DNA of 64,000 nt, taken from assembly GCA_030523245.1 (NCBI GenBank), contig JAUNIW010000003.1:1023-65022 (forward strand). The letters run 5' to 3'. Source of the DNA: Pseudomonadota bacterium. Its GTDB lineage: Bacteria > Pseudomonadota > Alphaproteobacteria > RF32 > CAG-239. This document shows, in pieces, positions 15,908 to 24,771 of this stretch (position 1 is the stretch's first letter; each line of letters starts with the position of its first letter). The notes under the pieces were generated by a model, which saw nothing but the letters and a program-made list of their open reading frames with translations, searched no databases and was not told where the DNA came from. The position numbers and the translations under genes are program-made.

Positions 15908-18900
15908 ATGACTGAACCTAAATTTATACATTTACGCGTCCATACTGCTTATTCATTGTCGCTGGGGGCAATGCTTGTGCCTAAGCTTGTGCATAAAATG
16001 CATGATTTGGGGATACCATGCTGTGCTATAACAGACAGGGGAAATTTATTTGGCGGCAAGGCTTTTTCTAAATATGCTTCCGATGAAGGCATTAAACCGA
16101 TACTCGGATCTGAATTATGTATACATAATGAGGATTCGGAAAATCTGGCTTTGTCAAAAGGGAAAGAACTGCCGCCGGACCGAATTATTTTGCTGGTAAA
16201 AAATGACAGCGGCTATAAATCAATTATGAAATTGTTCCGCCGCTATTATCTGGACAATATGGAACATAGCGATACGCCCCAGCTGAATATGCAAAATTTG
16301 CATGATTTCAACGAGGGATTGATTTGTCTGACCGGTGGTTACGAAGGGCCGATAGGAAGACTTATATTACAAAACCGCAAAGACGAAGCCGAAAAGAAAT
16401 TGCTTGAATATAAAGAGATTTTCGGCGACCGGCTTTATATGGAAATATCCCGCGTCGGTTATGAAGAAGAAAAAACAACCGAACCCGTATTTTTGGAATT
16501 GGCCTATAAACATAATATTCCCCTGGTTGCGACAAATGATGTATTCTTCTTTGATGAGAGTATGTATGAAGCGCATGATGCGCTTTGCTGCATTGCGGCC
16601 GGAGAATATGTCGCTAACGAAAACCGCCGCAAATATCTGCCGAGGAACCATTGGCGCAGCGAAACAGAAATGACGGAATTGTTTAAAGATATTCCGGAAG
16701 CGGTTGAAAATACAGTAAATATTGCAAAAAAATGTAATTATCTTTCTGCTAAAATGGAACCACTTTTGCCGATATTTATTTGTCCTGAAGGCAAAACACA
16801 GGATGAGTTTATTACGGAAGAATCTTATAAAGGTTTGCACGAGCGCATGGAAATTCAGGTTTACCATGAGGGGATGACGGCAGAAGAAAAAGCAGAAACA
16901 GACCGGTTATATTATGAACGCCTTGATTACGAATTAAGCGTTATTAAAAAAATGGGATTTCCGGGTTATTTTCTGATTGTGTCGGATTTTATCCGCTGGT
17001 CGAAAACACATGATGTACCGATTGGCCCCGGACGTGGTTCCGGTGCGGGTTCCATTGTGGCGTGGGCACTGAAAATTACGGACTTGGACCCGATTCGTCT
17101 GGATTTGCTGTTTGAGCGTTTTTTGAATCCGGAGCGTGTTAATATGCCGGATTTCGACGTGGACTTATGTCAGGAAAACCGCCATAAAACGATAGAATAC
17201 GTCCAGAATAAATATGGATATGACCATGTAGCACAAATTATAACTTACGGTAAATTGCAGTCTAAAGCCGTTATTCGGGATGTGGCCCGGGTATTGCAAA
17301 TGCCATATAGTCAGGCGGACCGCATTTCAAAAATGATACCTCCGGGGCAGGGCGGTAAAAATCCGACTTTACAAGAGGCGTTGGATCAGGTTCCGGAATT
17401 GGAGGAAATGCGGGTAAAAGATCCGCAAATCAATAAACTTTTCGATATTGCGATGAAACTTGAGGGTTTATACCGTAACTCGGGAATGCATGCTGCCGGC
17501 GTGGTTATCGGAGACCGGCCGCTGGATCAACTGGTTCCGTTATATAAAGATCCGCGTGCGGAAATGCCGGTAACCCAGTATGATATGAAATTTGTGGAAG
17601 AAACCGGTTTAATCAAGTTTGACTTTTTGGGGTTAAAAACTTTAACAGTTATCAAACGCGCGGTAGACTGGGTGAAAAAAACGCATGGTATTGAATTGGA
17701 TATGGCGGCCGTTCCACTGGATGATAAACCGACATATGAGCTGATGCAGGGCGGAAATACCAGCGCGATTTTCCAGTTTGAATCTTCCGGTATGCGCGAT
17801 GTTATGAAACAAATCAAACCGGACCGGTTTGAGGATTTAATTGCTGTTATTTCTTTATATCGTCCGGGGCCGATGGATAATATTCCGACCTATATCAATC
17901 GTAAACACGGCAAGGAAGAAATAAAATATCTGCATCCGGACTTGGAACCGATTTTGGGCGAAACCTATGGTATTATGGTTTATCAGGAACAAGTAATGAA
18001 AATTGCTCAGGTTTTGGGCGGATATACGCTTGGCGGTGCTGATAAATTGCGAAAGGTTATGGGTAAAAAGATGCGTGATGAAATTCCGCATCAACGCCAG
18101 ATGTTTACCGACGGAGCCATAAAGAAAGGTATAGACGGCGAAGTGGCCAAAACGATTTTTGACCAAATGGAAAAATTTGCCTCTTATGGTTTTAACAAAT
18201 CACACGCGGCAGCATACTCGCTCATTTCATATCAAACAGCCTATTTAAAAGCGCATTATCCTGTTGAATTTATGTGCGCTATCATGGATTTTGATATAAC
18301 AAATACCGAAAAAGTTTTGTTTTATACCGAAGAATGTAAAAAGATGGGCTTTCAGGTTTTAACACCGGATGTCAATATGTCCAACGCCCTTTTCAAAGTT
18401 GAAGGAAAAAATATCCGTTTTGCTTTAGCCGGATTAAAAGGCGTGGGCGAGGCAAATATGAACGCCATTGTTGAAGAACGCGAGAAAAACGGAAAGTTTA
18501 AGAATTTGTCTGATTTTATTCATCGGATAGATGTTAAACAGATAAACCGCAAACAGTTGGAACAGCTGATAAAAGCCGGCGCCTTTGATTGCTTGGATTC
18601 CAATCGGGCAAGATTGTTTGCCAATATAGAAAATATTATGCGTCATATGGCAGCAGCTGCCGAATTAAAAAACAGCAGTCAGGCCTCTTTATTTGGCAAT
18701 GAAGAACTTAAAGCGGAAGTAAAATTGCAGGATAAACCGGATTGGCCGGCTTTGGAACGTCTGCAATACGAAGCAGAAGCCATCGGCTTTTATTTGTCAG
18801 CACATCCGCTTGATGTTTATCGGGAGAGTATGGAGCGTCTGGGGGTTACAACTTATGCTGATGCCGTTAAGGGAATTAAAACGGGGGATACCATATATGC

Positions 18901-19381
18901 CAATCTGGCCGGATGTCTGCAGAGTTTTCAACGAAAAATCAGCAAAAGCGGAAAGCCTTTTGCCTTTGTAAAATTATCCGATACGACATCTGCCTATGAA
19001 GGACTTTTATTTTCAGACGGTATCAATAAGTTTGAACATGCCATAAACAGCGGTCTGCCTTTGTTCGTTAAAGTAAAAATAGAAAAGCAGGCTGAAGATA
19101 TGCCGCCTCGAATGCTTTTTAATGTAATTAAAACTTTGGATGAGGAAATTACTGAAAATTCAAAAGGTTTGATTATTATGGTAAATAATGTGGAAGCGGT
19201 ACGGCCGATTCGCGAGGCCTTATCTCATGAAAGATACGGGACAAACAAGGTTTATATCAAGCCGGAAAATGATGACTGGGATATTCGGATTGAGCTGAAA
19301 AACGGATATGCGCTGGCTGATGGTGCTCTTCTTTCGTCAATTCGTGCTATTCCGGGTGTAACGTTGGTAAAGGAAATATAA
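15908..19381 (+). CDS. dnaE: DNA polymerase III alpha subunit DnaE
   Basis: PHP N-terminus FIHLRVHTAYSL, the palm/fingers motif PDFDVD, GLLKFDFLGL, and a length of about 1160 aa. The start is ambiguous between 15890 and 15908. Confidence 0.95.
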   Translation: MTEPKFIHLRVHTAYSLSLGAMLVPKLVHKMHDLGIPCCAITDRGNLFGGKAFSKYASDEGIKPILGSELCIHNEDSENLALSKGKELPPDRIILLVKNDSGYKSIMKLFRRYYLDNMEHSDTPQLNMQNLHDFNEGLICLTGGYEGPIGRLILQNRKDEAEKKLLEYKEIFGDRLYMEISRVGYEEEKTTEPVFLELAYKHNIPLVATNDVFFFDESMYEAHDALCCIAAGEYVANENRRKYLPRNHWRSETEMTELFKDIPEAVENTVNIAKKCNYLSAKMEPLLPIFICPEGKTQDEFITEESYKGLHERMEIQVYHEGMTAEEKAETDRLYYERLDYELSVIKKMGFPGYFLIVSDFIRWSKTHDVPIGPGRGSGAGSIVAWALKITDLDPIRLDLLFERFLNPERVNMPDFDVDLCQENRHKTIEYVQNKYGYDHVAQIITYGKLQSKAVIRDVARVLQMPYSQADRISKMIPPGQGGKNPTLQEALDQVPELEEMRVKDPQINKLFDIAMKLEGLYRNSGMHAAGVVIGDRPLDQLVPLYKDPRAEMPVTQYDMKFVEETGLIKFDFLGLKTLTVIKRAVDWVKKTHGIELDMAAVPLDDKPTYELMQGGNTSAIFQFESSGMRDVMKQIKPDRFEDLIAVISLYRPGPMDNIPTYINRKHGKEEIKYLHPDLEPILGETYGIMVYQEQVMKIAQVLGGYTLGGADKLRKVMGKKMRDEIPHQRQMFTDGAIKKGIDGEVAKTIFDQMEKFASYGFNKSHAAAYSLISYQTAYLKAHYPVEFMCAIMDFDITNTEKVLFYTEECKKMGFQVLTPDVNMSNALFKVEGKNIRFALAGLKGVGEANMNAIVEEREKNGKFKNLSDFIHRIDVKQINRKQLEQLIKAGAFDCLDSNRARLFANIENIMRHMAAAAELKNSSQASLFGNEELKAEVKLQDKPDWPALERLQYEAEAIGFYLSAHPLDVYRESMERLGVTTYADAVKGIKTGDTIYANLAGCLQSFQRKISKSGKPFAFVKLSDTTSAYEGLLFSDGINKFEHAINSGLPLFVKVKIEKQAEDMPPRMLFNVIKTLDEEITENSKGLIIMVNNVEAVRPIREALSHERYGTNKVYIKPENDDWDIRIELKNGYALADGALLSSIRAIPGVTLVKEI

Positions 19382-19382
19382 A

Positions 19383-20318
19383 ATGAAGCTGGCATTTTTT
19401 CAAATTATCTGGAAAACCTTAATTCTGATAGAAAACACGTTTTCATATTGGCGGACATATATGTTTTATGCTTTGCTGATAACCATAATTTCAGCCGGTT
19501 TGGGACAGTGGGGTTTATCCTGCATGACAAATCAGGATAAAGCATGGTGCTTTATCTCAATGCAGGATATAAATTTTTGGTCGTTTTTTTATGTTTTGAA
19601 TTTATGCTTAAAAATATTTATATGGCTGTTATTCTGCTATGTTTTATATGAGGAAATGATTCATCGGCAAAAGATGAGTTTTTGGGAAATTAAAAACTTT
19701 AATAAAGGAAGTATATATAAAATAGCGGCGCTGTTTATATCTGCTTTTCTTTTTGTGGTGCCGATAGCCGCAGCTTTTATTATTTTTACCAAAAAAGCAA
19801 ATCCGGATTGGCGGATAGAAGCCGTTTGGTTTTTGATAACGTTTATCTGTTGCTGGCTTCCGTTTTTGGTTTTGCGTTTTTCGGCAGGGATAAGTTATGT
19901 TTTAGACAAGCAGGAACTGCCGCCTTTTAAAAAAATATGGGTGACGACGGAAAATAATAATTTTAAAATTATCTTTGCTTTTTGTCTTTTTCTTTTGATT
20001 ATGAATATTTTTGAGTTGCGTGTTTCTTCTTTTCTGAAAGATTTTTATAAAACCTATAAAAATTTTGTCGTTGCTTTTGGTGTGGAATTTTTGAATAATT
20101 TGGTGAATTTGGTGATTGTTTCCGGATTTTTGATGTTAACCCGCGCTTTACAACTGCTCATCCTGCCGGAAAATCCGAGTCCGCAGGAAGCACCAGCAAA
20201 GCCTTTGCCGCAAAAAAATGATACAGCGGAGCGCAAAACAGAAAAAACAGCCTCAGGAGTCAAAAAAACGGCAAAGAAATCAAAATCAACTAAAACGAAA
20301 AAAAATAAGAAAATATAA
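19383..20318 (+). CDS. Polytopic membrane protein with Lys-rich C-terminal tail, hypothetical
   Basis: Starts 1 nt after the dnaE stop. Has several Trp/Phe-rich hydrophobic segments. The last ~55 aa are P/K/T-rich (KKTAKKSKSTKTKKNKKI). Confidence 0.6.
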   Translation: MKLAFFQIIWKTLILIENTFSYWRTYMFYALLITIISAGLGQWGLSCMTNQDKAWCFISMQDINFWSFFYVLNLCLKIFIWLLFCYVLYEEMIHRQKMSFWEIKNFNKGSIYKIAALFISAFLFVVPIAAAFIIFTKKANPDWRIEAVWFLITFICCWLPFLVLRFSAGISYVLDKQELPPFKKIWVTTENNNFKIIFAFCLFLLIMNIFELRVSSFLKDFYKTYKNFVVAFGVEFLNNLVNLVIVSGFLMLTRALQLLILPENPSPQEAPAKPLPQKNDTAERKTEKTASGVKKTAKKSKSTKTKKNKKI

Positions 20319-20329
20319 AAAACAGATAT

Positions 20330-20460
20330 CCGCCACTAAAGCGGAGGGTGTCCATCTGCTATGAACCTCACGGTTTGACCACGCTCGTTGGCGTGGAACG
20401 GTGTCCAACGACACCTTTGCGTTCAGCCACCGATAAATCAGGGGTTTTCTGTAAGGCAAC
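20330..20460 (+). ncRNA. Candidate structured small RNA or cis element (unclassified); strand assignment tentative
   Basis: Markedly GC-richer than its surroundings. Hairpins are CCGC/GCGG (20330-20344), CCACGC-TCGTTG-GCGTGG (20379-20396) and GGTGTC-CAAC-GACACC (20400-20415). The 7-mer GGTGTCC is duplicated at 20347 and 20400. A terminator follows at 20465. Confidence 0.3.
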
Positions 20461-20464
20461 TAAT

Positions 20465-20497
20465 AAAAAAGTTTTCCGTTGAAAGGAAAACTTTTTT
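20465..20497. terminator. Bidirectional rho-independent terminator between convergent genes
   Basis: A-run, then GTTTTCC-GTTGAAA-GGAAAAC hairpin, then a T-run at 20492-20497. It would serve both the + strand unit and the minus-strand coupling-protein operon. Confidence 0.75.
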
Positions 20498-20569
20498 ATA
20501 ATAACAGGGATTAAATGAAAAAGTAATTGCAGGACTATATCCGAGAAATACAGCTGATAACTTTGCTTT

Positions 20570-22789
20570 TTAAGCTACAGGTTCATCAGCTTCAAAATTA
20601 TTATCGCCCTCTTCAGTGTCCGGATCATATTCAATTCCCAGTTTTGCCAGCATATCATCGTTGATATCTTCACGCTGGGCCACAATCCAATCCGGCACAT
20701 TCGGGCAAGGCGGAATTTTAGCCATTTTTTTCATTTTAGGGTCAAGATACCAACGCGGCGAATCGGCAATAATCGGGCGGTCGATATAACTTTGCATCAA
20801 AATAACCTGTTTCAACATCGGCAGACTTAACAATTGTGTCGAGCTGATAACCGGTACGCCTTGTAATTGATAGTTAACGTTTTTAGCCAATGGGTTAAAG
20901 TCTTTTCCCAGACTGCCTTCAGTTCGGGAGAAAGAAGAAACCTCAATAGTCTTATTACCAATCATCTTGGAAAAGCGTTGGGCGGTAACTTCGTTATTTT
21001 GGGATAAAATGATTTTGCAGGCCGTTGTGGAAATAACGGTTTCCAAATCATCTTTACCATATTTTCCGGAGATTTGGCCTAAATCTTGTCCGATTAAAAG
21101 ATAAGAAACTTTTTGTCCGCGGCCGACGGCAGGTCCGTCAATAATGGCTTTCATTTTAGGCATTTGCGGAAACTCGTCCAGAATAAACAGGGCAGGGAAC
21201 GGCCCCATTTTACCGTCTGTACGGTTAACGTGATTTGGCGGATTGGAAATAAGATAAGATGACATCAATTCAATAAATGTACTGCTGATAACACCCAAAG
21301 CCCGAGCATCAACCTGGTTTACGGAAAGATAAACGGAAATCGGTTTCCAGACACCGGTTACCGGATCTTTCATGCCGCGCAAATCTTTAAATTGAATATC
21401 CGAGAAGCTTGTACGCGCTTTAACGGCTTGGTTCTTGAAACATCCGATACCGGCAAAAGCGGTGGAAAGTACGGAGCCGCGCTCTTTATCAGGCATACTG
21501 CTTAAAGAACTGAGTTCTGTAATACAGCGTTGGGAATAGCCAAAATTACGAGCTTCTTTAACAGCTTCTTCCAACATGTCATGAGTCGGATCAGCCATGG
21601 CAGCCATCTGGTCACCTTCATCCATTCGCCGTTGTATTTCTTGCGCCGCGTTAATCTGAGCTTCGGTAATCCATTCCATAATCATGGCAATACAGGCTTC
21701 ACGTCCCATCCAGCGTGACGGCAGCAAATTCCAGGTTCCGATTGGCAGATAATTTTCAATAGTCAGTGTGCCGTTTTTCAGATTCTGGATAGCACGGGGT
21801 GCAGCCGGATCACGCATTTCCATATAATAGCTTTCCAAGACTTCTTTGTCTTTAGCATCCAGCTTTCCTTCGTAAATACGACCGATAAAATAATCATTTG
21901 CACGGGCGCGGTCACATTTTGAGGCCACAAAGTTAATAAAGCCGGTCAGGGCAGCACGGCCGGTATTAGCCCAGTGCGGGTCAGCACCGCCTTTCGGGTC
22001 TTCTACCAGAATATTGCACATAGAATCGACATACATATCACGATCAGGGCCCGCTTCCGGCATAGAATTCGGTGACAACGGATTCCAGCTCGGATAATAG
22101 ATACCTTCGCTCGGATTATCTTCCGCACCCCAGTTGATAATAAAGACGGGACCGACTTTGGCTCGTGCACCGCTGGTTGAATAACAAAGTTCCGGTTTCG
22201 GGTCATTTACGATAATGCTCAAACCATCGGAATTGAAAATTGTCGGGATAACAACGCCGGCAGTTTTACCGGTACCCGGAGGTGCGCAGCAAAGGGTAGA
22301 CAGCGTTTCTTTTAACATTAAGAAGCGTCCTTTGAATTTGCCGACGACCTGACAAAAGCCGTCAAAGCCGAGCAAGGCCATTTTGTTAATATCCCTCAGT
22401 TCTGCTATTCGTGCCGAACCCTGAGTATTTAATTGGAATTTATACGGGCTGAGCAGAGAGCCGACAATCAAACCGACCGGAATTGTAATAAACGGCAGAA
22501 TCGGAAGCCACAAGCTGAGTGAAAAAGATCCTTTGTAATGAATAAGTTGTTTAAACCATTTAACATACATAGCCCATAAGTGGTCCGGTTTTTCGACAAT
22601 AAGTGCCAGAAATTTATTTATCATATCAAAGGAAGCCTTTGATACACCATGACCAACCAGATATGATAAAGGCAGTGCAAATATAAAGAGTGCTACTGTT
22701 AATCCCAAACAGATAAAGAATGTAATCAACATCCAGTGGACGGCATTGTCATATTCTTTCCATTCTTCTCCACGTTCTTTTAAAGCCAT
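20570..22789 (-). CDS. virD4: Type IV secretion coupling protein (VirD4/TraG family ATPase)
   Basis: N-terminal TM helices; Walker A CCAPPGTGKTAGVVIPT; family motif GGADPHWANTGRAALTGF; Walker B LFILDEFPQMP. 739 aa and intact. SD GAGG lies upstream of the ATG at 22789. Confidence 0.85.
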   Translation of the reverse strand: MALKERGEEWKEYDNAVHWMLITFFICLGLTVALFIFALPLSYLVGHGVSKASFDMINKFLALIVEKPDHLWAMYVKWFKQLIHYKGSFSLSLWLPILPFITIPVGLIVGSLLSPYKFQLNTQGSARIAELRDINKMALLGFDGFCQVVGKFKGRFLMLKETLSTLCCAPPGTGKTAGVVIPTIFNSDGLSIIVNDPKPELCYSTSGARAKVGPVFIINWGAEDNPSEGIYYPSWNPLSPNSMPEAGPDRDMYVDSMCNILVEDPKGGADPHWANTGRAALTGFINFVASKCDRARANDYFIGRIYEGKLDAKDKEVLESYYMEMRDPAAPRAIQNLKNGTLTIENYLPIGTWNLLPSRWMGREACIAMIMEWITEAQINAAQEIQRRMDEGDQMAAMADPTHDMLEEAVKEARNFGYSQRCITELSSLSSMPDKERGSVLSTAFAGIGCFKNQAVKARTSFSDIQFKDLRGMKDPVTGVWKPISVYLSVNQVDARALGVISSTFIELMSSYLISNPPNHVNRTDGKMGPFPALFILDEFPQMPKMKAIIDGPAVGRGQKVSYLLIGQDLGQISGKYGKDDLETVISTTACKIILSQNNEVTAQRFSKMIGNKTIEVSSFSRTEGSLGKDFNPLAKNVNYQLQGVPVISSTQLLSLPMLKQVILMQSYIDRPIIADSPRWYLDPKMKKMAKIPPCPNVPDWIVAQREDINDDMLAKLGIEYDPDTEEGDNNFEADEPVA

Positions 22790-22797
22790 TTTATCCT

Positions 22798-24228
22798 CTA
22801 CTTAATATTTTTCAGAACTTTGCGTAAACGATTAAGCTCTTTAGTGTCAATTTGCTCATCGGCTTCATCAATTGTCTTTGAAAACAGCCTTATTTCTTTT
22901 GGTGCGCCGCGATTGATGCGGGTGACATCAATATCCATATTATTCCAAACTTCAAACATATCATCAGCGTTGATAATATTAGCCATTTGAATAATAACAT
23001 ACGATTTGATTTCTTGTTCAAATTCTTCTTCAGCCAGTTTATCACGAATAATATTACGTGCAACATCTAATTTACGGACCGGTGAAATGCGGTGGCTGTT
23101 TTCAGAAAACCACAAAGGTTCTTCGCCGTTAAACAGTTCTTCGTCAGCCAGCCAGTCACCGGCTTCTTTATCTACCAGACACAGGCAGATTTCTGTTTCG
23201 GAAACACCGATGAAGTCAATGATTGTATTACCGACATGAATGCCGTTGATAACATCATAACCTTTTTGTTGCAAAATTTCCAGAACAGGACTGCGCGGCT
23301 GGGTATTAGCCGGAGATTCATCGGAAATATTATTATCGGTCCGGTTGCGGTTTTGCTTATCTGTGCGGTTATCTTTATTTTGTTTGCCGTTTTTGTTGCG
23401 ATTGTCTTTGGAATCGCGTTTATTTTTAGGCGAAGAATAATCATCATCTTCATCATCATAGGAAGACTTTGAATTTTTGCGACTGTTTTCTGTATTATCT
23501 TTTTTATTTTTACGAGGTTTTGCCGGTACGTCCTCATCCTCGTCCTCATCATCCGCGACAGGTTTAGACTTTTGTGGTTTTTTCTTCAAAATATCGGTTT
23601 TTTCAAAAGAATCGATATCTAAATCAAAGTCATCTTCGTCATCGTCAAATTTGAACAAGGCATGGTCAATAGCTGCCGGCACAACATTTTTCTTGGCAGC
23701 CGGTGTTGGTGCAGGCTGAGCCGGTCCTGCTGTACGAATTTGTGAAGGCATGGCAGCAACAGAAACGGCAGCCGGCGCGGAATTACCGTCGGCATAATCG
23801 GAAATCGGCATTCTGAAACCGCCGACGCCTGCCGGCCGGATTTGTTTATATGATTTCTTTTTGACCACACCATATTTATTGTTTGTTTTAATAACATTGA
23901 TTGGTGCTTTTATTAAACGCCGGTAAAGCGTAACCGGAAACATAACGGCATCATAAATGAGACGCTCCCATTCAACCATGCAAAGAGTCCACCATCCCGT
24001 AATAAGCATCGGGAAGAAAGTAACCAAGATGATGACAAAAGCCCATTCTTTCGGCGCGCGGATAACCCAGCCGGCTTTCCATAAAGCATAAGCCTGCCGC
24101 CAGTGATCCGGCCAAAAAATATCAAAGTGCCAGTTGCAGAGCATAATAACGCGGATACCTTCAATGAAGACAATGCTCCACAGGCAGCCGACGATGATTA
24201 TTCTTGCAAAGACAATTAAGGATTTCAC
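22798..24228 (-). CDS. Operon orf4: membrane protein with long charged low-complexity linker and NERD/PD-(D/E)XK-like C-terminal domain
   Basis: GTG start with GGAG upstream. About 100 aa of W-rich TM domain, then about 200 aa of P/A-rich followed by D/E/K/N/R-rich sequence. The C-terminal 164 aa (22801-23292) follow a NERD-like pattern (IIDFIGVSETEICLCLVDKEAGDW...SPVRKL). Confidence 0.6.
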   Translation of the reverse strand: MKSLIVFARIIIVGCLWSIVFIEGIRVIMLCNWHFDIFWPDHWRQAYALWKAGWVIRAPKEWAFVIILVTFFPMLITGWWTLCMVEWERLIYDAVMFPVTLYRRLIKAPINVIKTNNKYGVVKKKSYKQIRPAGVGGFRMPISDYADGNSAPAAVSVAAMPSQIRTAGPAQPAPTPAAKKNVVPAAIDHALFKFDDDEDDFDLDIDSFEKTDILKKKPQKSKPVADDEDEDEDVPAKPRKNKKDNTENSRKNSKSSYDDEDDDYSSPKNKRDSKDNRNKNGKQNKDNRTDKQNRNRTDNNISDESPANTQPRSPVLEILQQKGYDVINGIHVGNTIIDFIGVSETEICLCLVDKEAGDWLADEELFNGEEPLWFSENSHRISPVRKLDVARNIIRDKLAEEEFEQEIKSYVIIQMANIINADDMFEVWNNMDIDVTRINRGAPKEIRLFSKTIDEADEQIDTKELNRLRKVLKNIK

Positions 24229-24282
24229 CCGCTTTACTCCAGTTCTTTCTTTTTAATATAACCCGAATTTATAAAGAGATTG

Positions 24283-24771
24283 TTAATTGATTTCATTTTC
24301 TATCTTCTCTATAATTTCTTTCCGGAATTTTGCCGTATCGGTTTTCGGAATTTTTTTGTTTTCCTGTTCTATACGTTCCTGAACAAGTTGTTCTATGGTT
24401 TTTTTCTCTTCTACTTTCAGATTTTTAATATTTACTTCCGGCATCCCGCCATTATATTTGCCCAGTCCGATATTCGAGAGCCAGCTTAAAGGTTTTGAAA
24501 TAAGTTTCAGATAAGAATATTTTGCCAAGAACTTCCAGCCGATGAATACAACCGGAAAATAAGTAAACATACCGAAAATCATCAGCAAATCTCCTGATTT
24601 CAGAATGCCGCCGTTATTCCAGAAATTCCCGATTGTTTTATAAGTTAAAGGCGATACAATATCTATCTGATAAAAATAAAAGAACACAAACTGATATAAT
24701 AGCAGTAAGGCAACGCTCCAAACGCTGCCGGCTGCCAAAACGCAAATATAATGGAGCAGTTTTTTTATCAT
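24283..24771 (-). CDS. Operon orf3: small membrane protein, paralogous to the N-terminal domain of orf4
   Basis: ATGA overlap with orf2. Residues 1-80 align almost without gaps to orf4 residues 1-80 (GxxWS, DIxxP, WxxG, T[FY]FPxxxxGW). The C-terminal tail is E/K-rich. Confidence 0.6.
   Translation of the reverse strand: MIKKLLHYICVLAAGSVWSVALLLLYQFVFFYFYQIDIVSPLTYKTIGNFWNNGGILKSGDLLMIFGMFTYFPVVFIGWKFLAKYSYLKLISKPLSWLSNIGLGKYNGGMPEVNIKNLKVEEKKTIEQLVQERIEQENKKIPKTDTAKFRKEIIEKIENEIN

Noticed and set aside
20330-20460. Tried to read the GC-rich element as SRP (4.5S) RNA, a tRNA, or a piece of alphaproteobacterial two-piece tmRNA
   Set aside because: On neither strand is there an SRP helix-8 signature (GGAA tetraloop flanked by AGCA/GGAAGCAGCC-like strands) or a T-arm GGTTCGAATCC with CCA-adjacent acceptor. 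One frame reads ...SNDTFAFSHR*, superficially like an ANDN... tmRNA tag, but it lacks an Ala resume codon and the hydrophobic (L/V)AA ending. The 250-nt gap is also too short for tmRNA. It is kept only as an unclassified candidate.
23300-23660. Repetitive-looking DNA (runs of GAT/GAA/AAA triplets) that might suggest a tandem repeat or CRISPR-like array
   Set aside because: It has no regular repeat-spacer periodicity. It is simply the coding sequence for the D/E/K/N-rich low-complexity linker of orf4, and the reading frame is uninterrupted.
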